Origin: a virus | IMG/VR virus record: IMGVR_UViG_3300033757_000225 | Location: 42-64,041 of that record | Length of the DNA: 64,000 nucleotides | Direction: 5' to 3' (one strand) | Shown here: positions 47,641 through 55,845 of the stretch, one piece after another | How the letters are laid out: every line of letters starts with the position of its first letter | How positions within the stretch are numbered: position 1 is the first letter of the stretch | Translations under genes and position numbers: made by a program | Notes under the pieces: model-generated | What the model was told of the DNA's origin: nothing | The model's database searches: none | The model's input: the letters and a program-made list of their open reading frames with translations, nothing else

Positions 47641-48650
47641 ATAATCCTCCTTATTCGGATTGATTCTTGCATGACTGGCTCAACATACTGATCGTAGATT
47701 CCTGGATAATCTTTTTCGAATTTTTCTTTCTGGAATTGCTTTTTGGCATATCTACTGATAGTTGCCTGTATATTTCCTGCGCACCCCGCCTGTGATAATC
47801 CAATGGCAACTTTGAATTGATTTTTTATTTTCTGCTTTTCATCTTCGAGTTCTTTCAGTTGCTCATTGATATCAAGGTATCGATTTCCCAGCTGCTCCAT
47901 TTCAGCAGGTAGAGGAGCAATGTCGGGGTTCGCATTCTGAGCTGGATAGAGCGCATCGATATACTCCGATTCTCCATCAATGCCTATAGGATCAGGGAGG
48001 GCTTTTTTCTCAACATAAGTGTGCCAGAAATAATCTTCTTTTTCGATGAGTTTCGCGATGAATTGCTCGTTCCTGGGGATAACTCGATATTCGATCCGAT
48101 TCTTAATAAGAACTGCCAGAATCGCACATTCGAGCCCCAGAACAGCCATGTAGTGCTGCACTTGGCAGTAATAGCTATCAGGCAGCTCATTGTTCCTCCA
48201 GGCACGATCATCGGAGACCGCCTTGCATTCCAATAGAACAGTCCCCTCTAAGTTAATTCCATCTAGTGTTGCAAGCTCTGCAAATTCGATAAGCCCGTCG
48301 ATGTTGGCGAGCATGAAGGGATGCTCTTTACTTTGATACATAAATGGAGACTCGAAAGCCTGGCATTTAATTCCTTCATCTGCCAAGATTTTCACAATCT
48401 CCTCACGGAGGATTGGCTCCATCCGCTTGCCGTGCCGCATTGCATCAGTCTCTTTCTTTTGTGGCGCCATGCCTAATTTTTCCAGCGCCACCATAAAAGC
48501 TGAGGAATACTGATTCATCCCCATAATTGCACCAGCATCGCTGCCGCCAATTCCGAGGGTGCGATATGCGCGCCACTCGTCTTCATTTATCGAAGTATTA
48601 TCGACCAGCACAGAGGCAAATCCGCTTTCAAGTTTCTTTACCATATCCAA
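47637..48650 (-). CDS. YqaJ-like viral recombinase exonuclease
   Basis: GIGGSDAGAIMG, ANIDG, LECK, QVQHYMAV. Confidence 0.92.
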   Translation of the reverse strand: MDMVKKLESGFASVLVDNTSINEDEWRAYRTLGIGGSDAGAIMGMNQYSSAFMVALEKLGMAPQKKETDAMRHGKRMEPILREEIVKILADEGIKCQAFESPFMYQSKEHPFMLANIDGLIEFAELATLDGINLEGTVLLECKAVSDDRAWRNNELPDSYYCQVQHYMAVLGLECAILAVLIKNRIEYRVIPRNEQFIAKLIEKEDYFWHTYVEKKALPDPIGIDGESEYIDALYPAQNANPDIAPLPAEMEQLGNRYLDINEQLKELEDEKQKIKNQFKVAIGLSQAGCAGNIQATISRYAKKQFQKEKFEKDYPGIYDQYVEPVMQESIRIRRIM

Positions 48651-48787
48651 TTCCTTATCGAGATCACGAATGCGGAAAGATATTCTTTAATCATCGGAAA
48701 ACTCGTAGCTATGGCGATAAGAGAAAATACAAGCGCACCGACGAACATCACCGCTACGACATTTTCGATAAGTTCCCTAGCCTTCAT
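48638..48787 (-). CDS. Small membrane peptide
   Basis: MKARELIENVVAVMFVGALVFSLIAIA...; RBS GGGGAAG. Confidence 0.5.
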   Translation of the reverse strand: MKARELIENVVAVMFVGALVFSLIAIATSFPMIKEYLSAFVISIRNWIW

Positions 48788-49088
48788 TACTTCCCCTTTT
48801 CCGCTCAATGGCACGGCGGTCATTGGGCGAGAGCTCTGCCCATGATTTCGCATGCTCCGAGAGCGGCACAGAGACCCAGCGCATGAAGGTCTCTTTCGAG
48901 AAAGCTTTATGTGCTGGATCATCAAAGATTCCGAAATTCGGCAGCAGGTGTTTGCGCCGATAGAAGTAAGAACGCTCGAATCCCCATGCATCGGCGCAGT
49001 CCTCGATAGAGAACCAAAACTTTTGCCGATGCATGGAGAGCGCGTCGAGCAAGGCCGTGAGGGATTCGGCCTCAATCTCGACTTTCAT
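48777..49088 (-). CDS. HTH DNA-binding protein (excisionase/MerR-like)
   Basis: FSIEDCADAWGFERSYFYR HTH; RBS GAGG. Confidence 0.6.
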   Translation of the reverse strand: MKVEIEAESLTALLDALSMHRQKFWFSIEDCADAWGFERSYFYRRKHLLPNFGIFDDPAHKAFSKETFMRWVSVPLSEHAKSWAELSPNDRRAIERKRGSNEG

Positions 49089-49236
49089 TTTTTACCTCGA
49101 ATTCTTCTAGACCGAGCTCGATCAGGATTTCGAGCTGGCTCTTGACCGTTCGCCGATTGCGATCCGCAATTTCGGCGACCCTCTTTTTCAGCATTTTGGG
49201 AATCCTCACGGATTCGGTTTCTGGTTTTTGTTCCAT
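49072..49236 (-). CDS. Arc-like ribbon-helix-helix regulator
   Basis: SVRIPKMLKKRVAEIADRNRRTVKSQLEILI. Confidence 0.8.
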   Translation of the reverse strand: MEQKPETESVRIPKMLKKRVAEIADRNRRTVKSQLEILIELGLEEFEVKNESRD

Positions 49237-49243
49237 GTTTTTT

Positions 49244-49272
49244 AGTATAAGACCACACTTGTGTTCCGTCAA
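49244..49272 (-). promoter_or_regulatory. Early sigma70 promoter with palindromic operator
   Basis: TTGACG-17-TATACT, A/T-tract UP element, near-palindrome GAACACAAGTGTGGTC in the spacer. Confidence 0.75.
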
Positions 49273-49344
49273 GAGAAAAAAAGAAAAATTTTTGCGATTT
49301 TTTTTGAGGAAAACTACTATACAAAATGGGGTAAATTACTTAAC

Positions 49345-49580
49345 AAAAAGGCCCCGACAAGCAGTTACGCCTATCAGAGCCAGGGGAATCATACCCCGTG
49401 CATTGGCACGGATCAGATAAAGAAGAGCTGCGGAGGTAACCTTTCGGTGTTTGCGTCAAACCCCCGCAGCTCAAGGATAACCCGCCCTGGTGAGCGTGCT
49501 CTCGTAGAGGCTTGGCGGGTCACCACCGGAGGCCATCCCGATGGTGGGTGTCAATTCACCCCATTAAATAAAAACCCATC
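49345..49580 (-). ncRNA. Candidate structured RNA B
   Basis: Stems ACCCGCC/GGCGGGT, GAGCTGCGG/CCGCAGCTC, CCGTGC/GCACGG, GGGG/CCCC, ending in a T tract. Confidence 0.45.
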
Positions 49581-49591
49581 AACAGGAAAAG

Positions 49592-49861
49592 TCAACTGTG
49601 GGGTCCATACTCTCGGTACCATCGACGGGCAACACCCTCCGAGACTCCGAGTGCACGGGCAACGTCGGTCTTTCGACACCGAGGCCACAGGTCAAGGAGT
49701 ATCCGCTTCTGCTGCTCGGTGGGGCGCAGCAGTGTTGAGCCGGAATGGACCCGCTCCGTCTGCGCATAGAGCCGCGCGACGAGGTCCTCGTCAATCGAGA
49801 CGTCTACATACTCTCGACTTTCGCCGCCGCAAAGCGTGGAATTAATCTGTGTAGTTTCCAT
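49592..49861 (-). CDS. Small HTH protein
   Basis: KTDVARALGVSEGVARRWY HTH; start uncertain. Confidence 0.55.
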   Translation of the reverse strand: METTQINSTLCGGESREYVDVSIDEDLVARLYAQTERVHSGSTLLRPTEQQKRILLDLWPRCRKTDVARALGVSEGVARRWYREYGPHS

Positions 49862-50625
49862 GTAAATTCCCCCTTGTCAGAGATCCACCACTCGAGAAAT
49901 CCATACGAGATTGTTTTGCTCATACGGGTTCCACCGTATCGCGTCCATCCCTGTAGTGCAGGCGTTACAAATGCAATGAAATTATCTTCTATGACTGAAA
50001 AAAATGTATGAAGATGCGAGCGAAAAAATACGTTCGCTTTTGGTTGCAGTTCATGTTCTGACCATAACAGATTCCACACTGCCTCGCGGGGAAGTGCAGG
50101 CGGTATCGATCTAGGCACTGATGAACTGCCAAGATGATGCTTAAAGTCAATCACACATCCGGCATGTTCGAGCCATGCATGTTCTTGGAGGCGAGTTCCA
50201 AGCTCTTTTGCGATAGGTGCTTCGAATTGCTCCGCATCGCCTGTATGATAATTTGTGCCCTCTATAACTGTAGCCCGATCGAAATCAAATTGATGGATGC
50301 AATAAAGCGCCATTTCAGCTTGTTTTATTCGATCTGTTTCGCATAGCTCCGTCCCGCCACTTCGTATTCCATTTCCCTCAACCGCATCGCCATTGATAAC
50401 AATACGGTCAAGATGGCCGAGCGATTGCGCGGTCGCTTGATACCAGTCCCATGTCTTCATTTGCCATAATCGAATCTTTTCTCGGAGGGGATCATCGCTT
50501 TCTTGCTCCCACATATATGGCGGGCAGAGGCCAAATTTATGTCCGCAATGTAAATCAGATATTGTTACACCATGCTTCGCCATAATTTCTCCTGGCATGT
50601 CTGAGGGGCATGTTCCTATATTCAA
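49804..50625 (-). CDS. Metallophosphoesterase-like protein
   Basis: ISDLHCG, NGDAVEG, GTNYH, KHH, SHLH motifs. Confidence 0.8.
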   Translation of the reverse strand: MNIGTCPSDMPGEIMAKHGVTISDLHCGHKFGLCPPYMWEQESDDPLREKIRLWQMKTWDWYQATAQSLGHLDRIVINGDAVEGNGIRSGGTELCETDRIKQAEMALYCIHQFDFDRATVIEGTNYHTGDAEQFEAPIAKELGTRLQEHAWLEHAGCVIDFKHHLGSSSVPRSIPPALPREAVWNLLWSEHELQPKANVFFRSHLHTFFSVIEDNFIAFVTPALQGWTRYGGTRMSKTISYGFLEWWISDKGEFTWKLHRLIPRFAAAKVESM

Positions 50626-51281
50626 TAAACACCTAGTTCGTCCAACCCCCAGCCAAGCGCAAGCAATGCAATGATTACTTCGAGTACAATCTTATTACTT
50701 TTGAGTGCCTGCACCGATTTTTCGTAGCCCTTCAAGGATTCCAGTGCCTTCTTGTATGAGCTCTGTTGTGCCTGATAATCCTCCAAGAGCTGATTGTATT
50801 TTCCCTTCCAGCTGGCTAAATCCGCTTCCAAGTTCGCTGATTTTTGCTCCAAGTCCGTTACTTGTTGACTCAAGGTTTGTAATTGTTCCTGCAATTTCTG
50901 ATTGTCGGCTGTCAATGCTTCCAATTGTTGTTTTAATTGATTGTACATCTCTTGTAATGCTTTGTACTGTGCTTGCAAAGTCGCTATTTGATTTTTTAAG
51001 TCCTGATATTGTTGACTCAATTCCCCGTACATCGCTCTCGATTGTGCTAAAGCGCTCTGCGAGTCCGCTAAGGCTTGCCCCGTATCTGCCAATTTTTTCC
51101 CCAAGGTCTGAAAAATCTCGATCAAACGCTGCCTGTCGTTCTCGGATAATTGATAATTCTCGGTTAGTGGTGCAGGTAGTGATTCCTGCGAATACAACCG
51201 TAGCAATGACGGCCCCAGCGAAAAAATAACGAACAGAAATAGGAATTTTAGAGAGCCATAAGGAAATTTTTTCCGCCACAT
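50622..51281 (-). CDS. Secreted coiled-coil protein with C-terminal TM (spanin-like, overlapping)
   Basis: Signal peptide, long Gln-rich heptads, C-terminal hydrophobic helix. Confidence 0.6.
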   Translation of the reverse strand: MWRKKFPYGSLKFLFLFVIFSLGPSLLRLYSQESLPAPLTENYQLSENDRQRLIEIFQTLGKKLADTGQALADSQSALAQSRAMYGELSQQYQDLKNQIATLQAQYKALQEMYNQLKQQLEALTADNQKLQEQLQTLSQQVTDLEQKSANLEADLASWKGKYNQLLEDYQAQQSSYKKALESLKGYEKSVQALKSNKIVLEVIIALLALGWGLDELGVY

Positions 51282-51303
51282 TCTTACCCTCCATTTTCAT
51301 CAT
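50695..51303 (-). CDS. i-spanin-like membrane coiled-coil protein
   Basis: N-terminal TM followed by heptad repeats; last genes of the lysis cassette. Confidence 0.6.
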   Translation of the reverse strand: MMKMEGKNVAEKISLWLSKIPISVRYFFAGAVIATVVFAGITTCTTNRELSIIRERQAAFDRDFSDLGEKIGRYGASLSGLAERFSTIESDVRGIESTISGLKKSNSDFASTVQSITRDVQSIKTTIGSIDSRQSEIAGTITNLESTSNGLGAKISELGSGFSQLEGKIQSALGGLSGTTELIQEGTGILEGLRKIGAGTQK

Positions 51304-51547
51304 CCCCCGCCTTTGGGATTTTCTTGGTTGCTATATCCCGATCTAATTCTGGTCGATAATGCGCTGATTTTTGCCATGCATCTCCCACTTGAGCAGCCTG
51401 GTAGCCGAATCCTGCAAACGCGAGCGCACCAATAATCGTTGGACCAACGACTGCAATCGCCGAAGGAAGGGTAAAAACAGTAAAAACATATACCGCCAAA
51501 AGCGCCCAGAATGTAGCCCAAAATGCTGTTGCTTTTCGCGTTTTCAT
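51284..51547 (-). CDS. Holin (two TM helices)
   Basis: 87 aa, two hydrophobic segments, charged C-terminus, adjacent to the endolysin. Confidence 0.7.
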   Translation of the reverse strand: MKTRKATAFWATFWALLAVYVFTVFTLPSAIAVVGPTIIGALAFAGFGYQAAQVGDAWQKSAHYRPELDRDIATKKIPKAGDDENGG

Positions 51548-52140
51548 GCAATCACCGCATGCATATAAGCGTTCTGGAGCTTTTTGGAATATTGCTCCAC
51601 AGCCCCTGCGCCATTATAACGTCGCGCCATAGTTTCGAAATCATGCTGCAAGAGTGCATTATGCAGCGCTGAATCCGACATAATAAAATGACAAAACGCA
51701 TCCAGATGATCGGCTTCAGCGTGATTTTTTACGCTATACATCTGATTGATAAAATCCTGCAACGATTCGGCGCCAGCACGCTCCCAATTCGCGCCCATTA
51801 TCTGAAAGCGCCCCCAGGAAGCTGACTGTAAACCCGCGACACGATTCAGGGAGCACGCTTCGTCAAGCCGTTCATATTCACGCTTCCCGTAAAGATAGAG
51901 CGTTCGGTCATAGACTCGCGAAGATATTTGTGGGTGGGAATCATCGTAAATATGGTTCGTCAACCGAGAAAAGTAATGCGCTTCAAACAAAATGACGGGC
52001 CTCCAGTCATCAGCACCAAATTGCCAAAACCCAAACCCAGATGATTCAACCTCTGCAAAGGCTTGAATTACAGCGCTATCACACCCCAAAATTGCAGCTG
52101 CGTTGTCATAATCATCTTTCGATAGGGCCCGTGGTATCAT
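51544..52140 (-). CDS. Endolysin, N-acetylmuramidase (DUF3380-like)
   Basis: AEVESSG, ILFEAHYFSRLT, ASWGRFQIMGANW. Confidence 0.9.
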   Translation of the reverse strand: MIPRALSKDDYDNAAAILGCDSAVIQAFAEVESSGFGFWQFGADDWRPVILFEAHYFSRLTNHIYDDSHPQISSRVYDRTLYLYGKREYERLDEACSLNRVAGLQSASWGRFQIMGANWERAGAESLQDFINQMYSVKNHAEADHLDAFCHFIMSDSALHNALLQHDFETMARRYNGAGAVEQYSKKLQNAYMHAVIA

Positions 52141-52150
52141 TCTCTTTCCC

Positions 52151-52522
52151 CTAACGCCTAAATGCGAGACCTATTAAAACACCGACAATGCCGGAGATAA
52201 TCGCCGATATTAAGGCATATTTTATTCTTTCCCATGTCTTACCCGGTTTACTCTTCAGACTTTCAACATCGCGCGATAGCAAAGAAAAAATATTTTTCAT
52301 ATCGGCTATTGTTTTATCATTATTCTTCTTCATTTCATCCATCGACGACGTTAGTAACTGTTTTATTTCACCGAGAGTCACGAACATCTGTTTTTGTTTT
52401 TCGTCTTGCCTCGCAAATGCCTCTTCGAGAGCTTTGAGTCGCCGTTCGTGATCTTTTTGTGTCTCTTTTATTTCAGAGAAGCGCCATTCTTGATCTTTAT
52501 GCATGTCCTCGGAACCTGACAT
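52151..52522 (-). CDS. XhlA-like/holin-associated coiled-coil membrane protein
   Basis: Coiled coil plus C-terminal TM; AGGAG RBS before ATG 52522. Confidence 0.6.
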   Translation of the reverse strand: MSGSEDMHKDQEWRFSEIKETQKDHERRLKALEEAFARQDEKQKQMFVTLGEIKQLLTSSMDEMKKNNDKTIADMKNIFSLLSRDVESLKSKPGKTWERIKYALISAIISGIVGVLIGLAFRR

Positions 52523-52549
52523 CAACGCTCCTGAAGATGCCATAAAAAG

Positions 52550-52596
52550 AAAAAAGGCCGGCTCCTCATAGGAACCGGCCCAATTCTCCAATCGGC
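52550..52596 (-). terminator. Conserved leader plus terminator, divergent copy 3
   Basis: GCCGATTGGAGAATTG, then GGCCGGTTCC/GGAGCCGGCC stem, then T6, upstream of the lysis genes. Confidence 0.7.
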
Positions 52597-52612
52597 ACCG
52601 TCAAAAAGAATT

Positions 52613-53662
52613 TTACTTCATCCTGTCCCTAAAGTCAACATTCGAGGCCCTAAAAACAATACTATCTAACGTTGATCTTGTCGTATTATAACATTGACAA
52701 TGCTTTGTATAACCCAGAAACGACATAATGCTCTGGTGGGCTTTTGATAAAATTTCAGGATTATCTTGATATATTTTTGAATATTTTCTGAGACGCCTTC
52801 TGGCTTTCTTTACTGTTGCTTTCCTTGGCTTGATATGGGTCGGCCATATTCTATAGCCACAAAAATCAATGCCTTGGGTCCAGTGAAAAATTTTCGACTT
52901 CGGATTCAGCTGAAGATCGAGATATTCGTTGAGATATGTTTCAATTTTGCCCCACAAGCATTTCAGGTGCTGCTTCGAAGGGTGAATGATTATCATATCA
53001 TCCATGTAACGAACATAATATCGTTCTGCACATATATCTTTTATATAGTGATCCAAAGGATTTAAATACATATTCGCCGATAGTTGAGATGTCAATGCCC
53101 CGATAGGAAGACCACGTCCGTTCGGCTCGAAGCTGTCTATTGTTCTATCATAGAGCTCTTGTATCTTTTTATCTGATATTATTCGCTTGAATTCTCTTTT
53201 TAGAATATCATGATTTATTGAAGGGAAAAACTTTCGCACATCAAGCTTCAATACATAAAAGTCCCCATAATTCCGATACGCAATCCTTTCAAAATGCTGT
53301 ACACGCGCAACTGCAGAATGTGTTCCCTTCCCTCTTCTACAGGCAAAGGAATCGGAAATAAATTTTCGCTCGAAAATAGGTTCAACGATCCGAATAAGGG
53401 CATGATGCACGACCCTGTCGCGGAACGCAGGCGCGGAAATGAGCCTCTTTTTGGGATCATACACCCAAAATTGCCTGTATGATAACGGTTTATACATGTT
53501 CCAGATCAATTCATTTTGAATTTCTATTAGATTCTGCTCCAGGTTTTCCTTAAACCGAAGCGCTTGAATACGATATCGTTTACCCCTCTTGGCTTTATCA
53601 TATGCTTTATATAAATTTTCAAAATCAACAACCATATTGAAAAGGTTATTATATGTCTTCAC
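52613..53662 (-). CDS. DGR reverse transcriptase
   Basis: SFACRRGKG, GLPIGALTSQ (DGR SQ motif), YMDD; likely GTG start at 53662. Confidence 0.95.
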   Translation of the reverse strand: MKTYNNLFNMVVDFENLYKAYDKAKRGKRYRIQALRFKENLEQNLIEIQNELIWNMYKPLSYRQFWVYDPKKRLISAPAFRDRVVHHALIRIVEPIFERKFISDSFACRRGKGTHSAVARVQHFERIAYRNYGDFYVLKLDVRKFFPSINHDILKREFKRIISDKKIQELYDRTIDSFEPNGRGLPIGALTSQLSANMYLNPLDHYIKDICAERYYVRYMDDMIIIHPSKQHLKCLWGKIETYLNEYLDLQLNPKSKIFHWTQGIDFCGYRIWPTHIKPRKATVKKARRRLRKYSKIYQDNPEILSKAHQSIMSFLGYTKHCQCYNTTRSTLDSIVFRASNVDFRDRMK

Positions 53663-53834
53663 GGTTGCCGCCTTGATAAAAAATAGCGCAGGCCGCATTC
53701 GGGCCACATGCCCCTACTAGTCGTCCGCACCTATATATATTCTCCCTCACGTCCACCTGGGAAGGAGCAAGACTCCTTTTTCTCTATGCACTGTCCAAGA
53801 GCCCGTAGGCTCACGGCTTCCAGCACCGAGAGAG

Positions 53835-53949
53835 AGCGGGACGAAACCCGATGTTGTTGTTCGAGTTCGCACGGCGATTATTCAGATTCAGATACGCCAA
53901 GCCAGCATTCGCGCCATTGTTCCAGTTGCCACCGCGGAGCGGGAAACGC
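53835..53949 (-). repeat. DGR template repeat (TR)
   Basis: 115 bp, 11 AAY codons, 24 adenines; matches the VR except at 9 adenines. Confidence 0.95.
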
Positions 53950-53971
53950 CACAAGATCGCAGCCTTGCCCC

Positions 53972-54316
53972 TTAAATGCCGGAAGAGCGTAGCCACCCTC
54001 CCAGCATCTTTCCTATTTCTACCATCTGCCCCGAAAGGATCCCATACTTCTTCATATCCATGAATTTCAACAGCATGCCCATTCTCACAAGCACTTTAAG
54101 CCTTGAAAGTTCCATATCGGCATCTTCAATCAATCGGTGGCGCTCAGCCGCAGACCGTACAAAATTCGCCCTGGTAATATATGTTCCAATATTCCAGAGG
54201 GCATTTGTTGTATCTGCGGCAAGCGTATGGCGTTCTGATTTTGGATATTGACGCAGCGCAGTGTAGAGATACAGCGCCATGTCTTCCCATTTCTGGGTTA
54301 TTTTCATAACTTCCAA
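53972..54316 (-). CDS. avd: DGR accessory variability determinant
   Basis: YPKSERHTL, LKVLVR, VEIGKMLGGW four-helix Avd pattern; lies between VR and TR. Confidence 0.9.
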   Translation of the reverse strand: MEVMKITQKWEDMALYLYTALRQYPKSERHTLAADTTNALWNIGTYITRANFVRSAAERHRLIEDADMELSRLKVLVRMGMLLKFMDMKKYGILSGQMVEIGKMLGGWLRSSGI

Positions 54317-54370
54317 GGCAACGCCTCCAATAGACAGAAGAAATCAGAACCCAGAGAGACAGAAACCAGA

Positions 54371-55504
54371 TTACAATATAAAAGCGGGACGAAACCCGAT
54401 GGCGTTGTACGAGTACGCACGGCGATTATTCAGAGTCAGAAACGCCAAGCCAGCATCCGCGCCATTGTACCAGATGCCACCGCGGAGCGGGAAACGCTCG
54501 CCATAGTTGCGAACCCAGATAGCGCCCTTCGCTTCGTATCCAGAGGTGCCAAAGATCAAGGAGCCGGCTGCACTGACTTTTGGGGCAATCATGAGCGCCG
54601 CGAGTTTCTGCCTGAGTGCCAATTCCATCGAATCATACGTACCTGCATACGTCATGCTTCTCCAGCCAGCTTCTCCGCTAATATAGGCATAGTCAAAATC
54701 ACCGGGATCAGTGCCTCCGGCCGGAGTCGGCGTTTCAGTGAAATGTGTTGGGGCAATATTCGATAGTACAGGATCACCACTATCCACAGCCCCGCTCCGG
54801 TCTCCAGGACCCACGGTTGCATCGAAATACGCCTCGCGAGATGGCCATGATGCTTCATCAAGCGAAAAGTTGTTGTCATCCGGGAAATACATTTTCCCAT
54901 CAATAATTTTGAAACCATCATTCCATTCAGATATATTCCCGACAAGGTCTGCAATGCCCACGAAGGTGTTGTTGTGCCGCCATGACGCTGGCCCGGAACC
55001 TGTCCTAGTGCGAGGCAATCCGCTCGTAGAACCTGGGATTCCCCCATCAACGCGTACCCCCGTTTCCCACGGTGCCGACGTTGACCTGCCATAGTTTGTG
55101 TTACCGCGTGGCTGAAAACTGTTTTTCAAACACCACAGCGCAACAGCGGCCCATTCCCACGCGGTCATCAAATGCCAGCCAGCACCTTTTGCGGTGCAAT
55201 AGCTTTTTGCCTGATCAAAAGTAACGCTCGTTGTCGGGTCTTGACCGGGGAGAGAATACGCTCGCCCGTCGATTACTTTTGCCTGATACATGCCGATCCA
55301 GATTTCGCTTTTTGCGACACCATTCACAAGGAATGCGGGATGTAACCCCGATCCCAAATCCGAGCTGATATCTTCAAGGTTAAACGCCGGAATACGTACC
55401 ATATATGACGGATTGCCCAAATCGTCATAGAGCACGTTTACATTCCCGCCCGACGCGGCCAATACCGCGGCACTCATTGAATCTTTTGTAAAAACCGATC
55501 CCAT
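54371..55504 (-). CDS. DGR target, Mtd-like C-type lectin (FGE-like) receptor-binding protein
   Basis: GWHLMTAWEW, DLVGNISEW, C-terminal VR ending IGFRPAF. Confidence 0.92.
   Translation of the reverse strand: MGSVFTKDSMSAAVLAASGGNVNVLYDDLGNPSYMVRIPAFNLEDISSDLGSGLHPAFLVNGVAKSEIWIGMYQAKVIDGRAYSLPGQDPTTSVTFDQAKSYCTAKGAGWHLMTAWEWAAVALWCLKNSFQPRGNTNYGRSTSAPWETGVRVDGGIPGSTSGLPRTRTGSGPASWRHNNTFVGIADLVGNISEWNDGFKIIDGKMYFPDDNNFSLDEASWPSREAYFDATVGPGDRSGAVDSGDPVLSNIAPTHFTETPTPAGGTDPGDFDYAYISGEAGWRSMTYAGTYDSMELALRQKLAALMIAPKVSAAGSLIFGTSGYEAKGAIWVRNYGERFPLRGGIWYNGADAGLAFLTLNNRRAYSYNAIGFRPAFIL
54383..54497 (-). repeat. DGR variable repeat (VR)
   Basis: 115 bp; 9 substitutions versus TR, all A->N. Confidence 0.95.
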
Positions 55505-55836
55505 TATGCTACCTCCCTAAAATTAGGCCAAAGCCTCAATGTAATTCTCTCCATATCTAGCGGAAGCGCAACGGCTTTCGTCTGTACTTCTTCTTTCTCA
55601 TCGACATATTCAACATTCTCGTACCGCCGCGGGGGAATTATGATATCCGCAATAAATCCGCCCGTTCCATCGCGGTCCAATACAGGGCCTTCATCGCTCA
55701 TCGATATCGATACAATATGCTCGGAGTCCTGCTCTTCGGCCTCGCAATAGACAACCACGCCTGCAACAGTAATTGTTTTTGCGTCTATATCGATCGCATA
55801 GTCTGCGACAGGCGATCCCAACACTTCAATTTGCAT
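55504..55836 (-). CDS. Tail fibre adaptor-like protein upstream of DGR target
   Basis: 110 aa; IIIPPRRY...PLDM..ITLRLW pattern common next to phage DGR targets. Confidence 0.7.
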   Translation of the reverse strand: MQIEVLGSPVADYAIDIDAKTITVAGVVVYCEAEEQDSEHIVSISMSDEGPVLDRDGTGGFIADIIIPPRRYENVEYVDEKEEVQTKAVALPLDMERITLRLWPNFREVA

Positions 55837-55845
55837 GATTACCTC

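Noticed and set aside
49440-49475. GCAAACACC-GAAA-GGT resembling a c-di-GMP-I riboswitch
   Set aside because: The P2 stem and GCAAAG element are not in the required order; resemblance is too partial.
49261-49845. 194-aa plus-strand ORF across the regulatory region
   Set aside because: Arg/Pro/Gly-rich read-through of GC-rich hairpins with no RBS; better explained as structured non-coding DNA.
52613-53707. RT as group II intron or retron
   Set aside because: SQ motif, avd and the TR/VR pair define a DGR; no intron maturase/endonuclease domain or msr-msd.
53811-53996. 61-aa ORF resembling the target C-terminus
   Set aside because: It is the translation of the non-coding template repeat.
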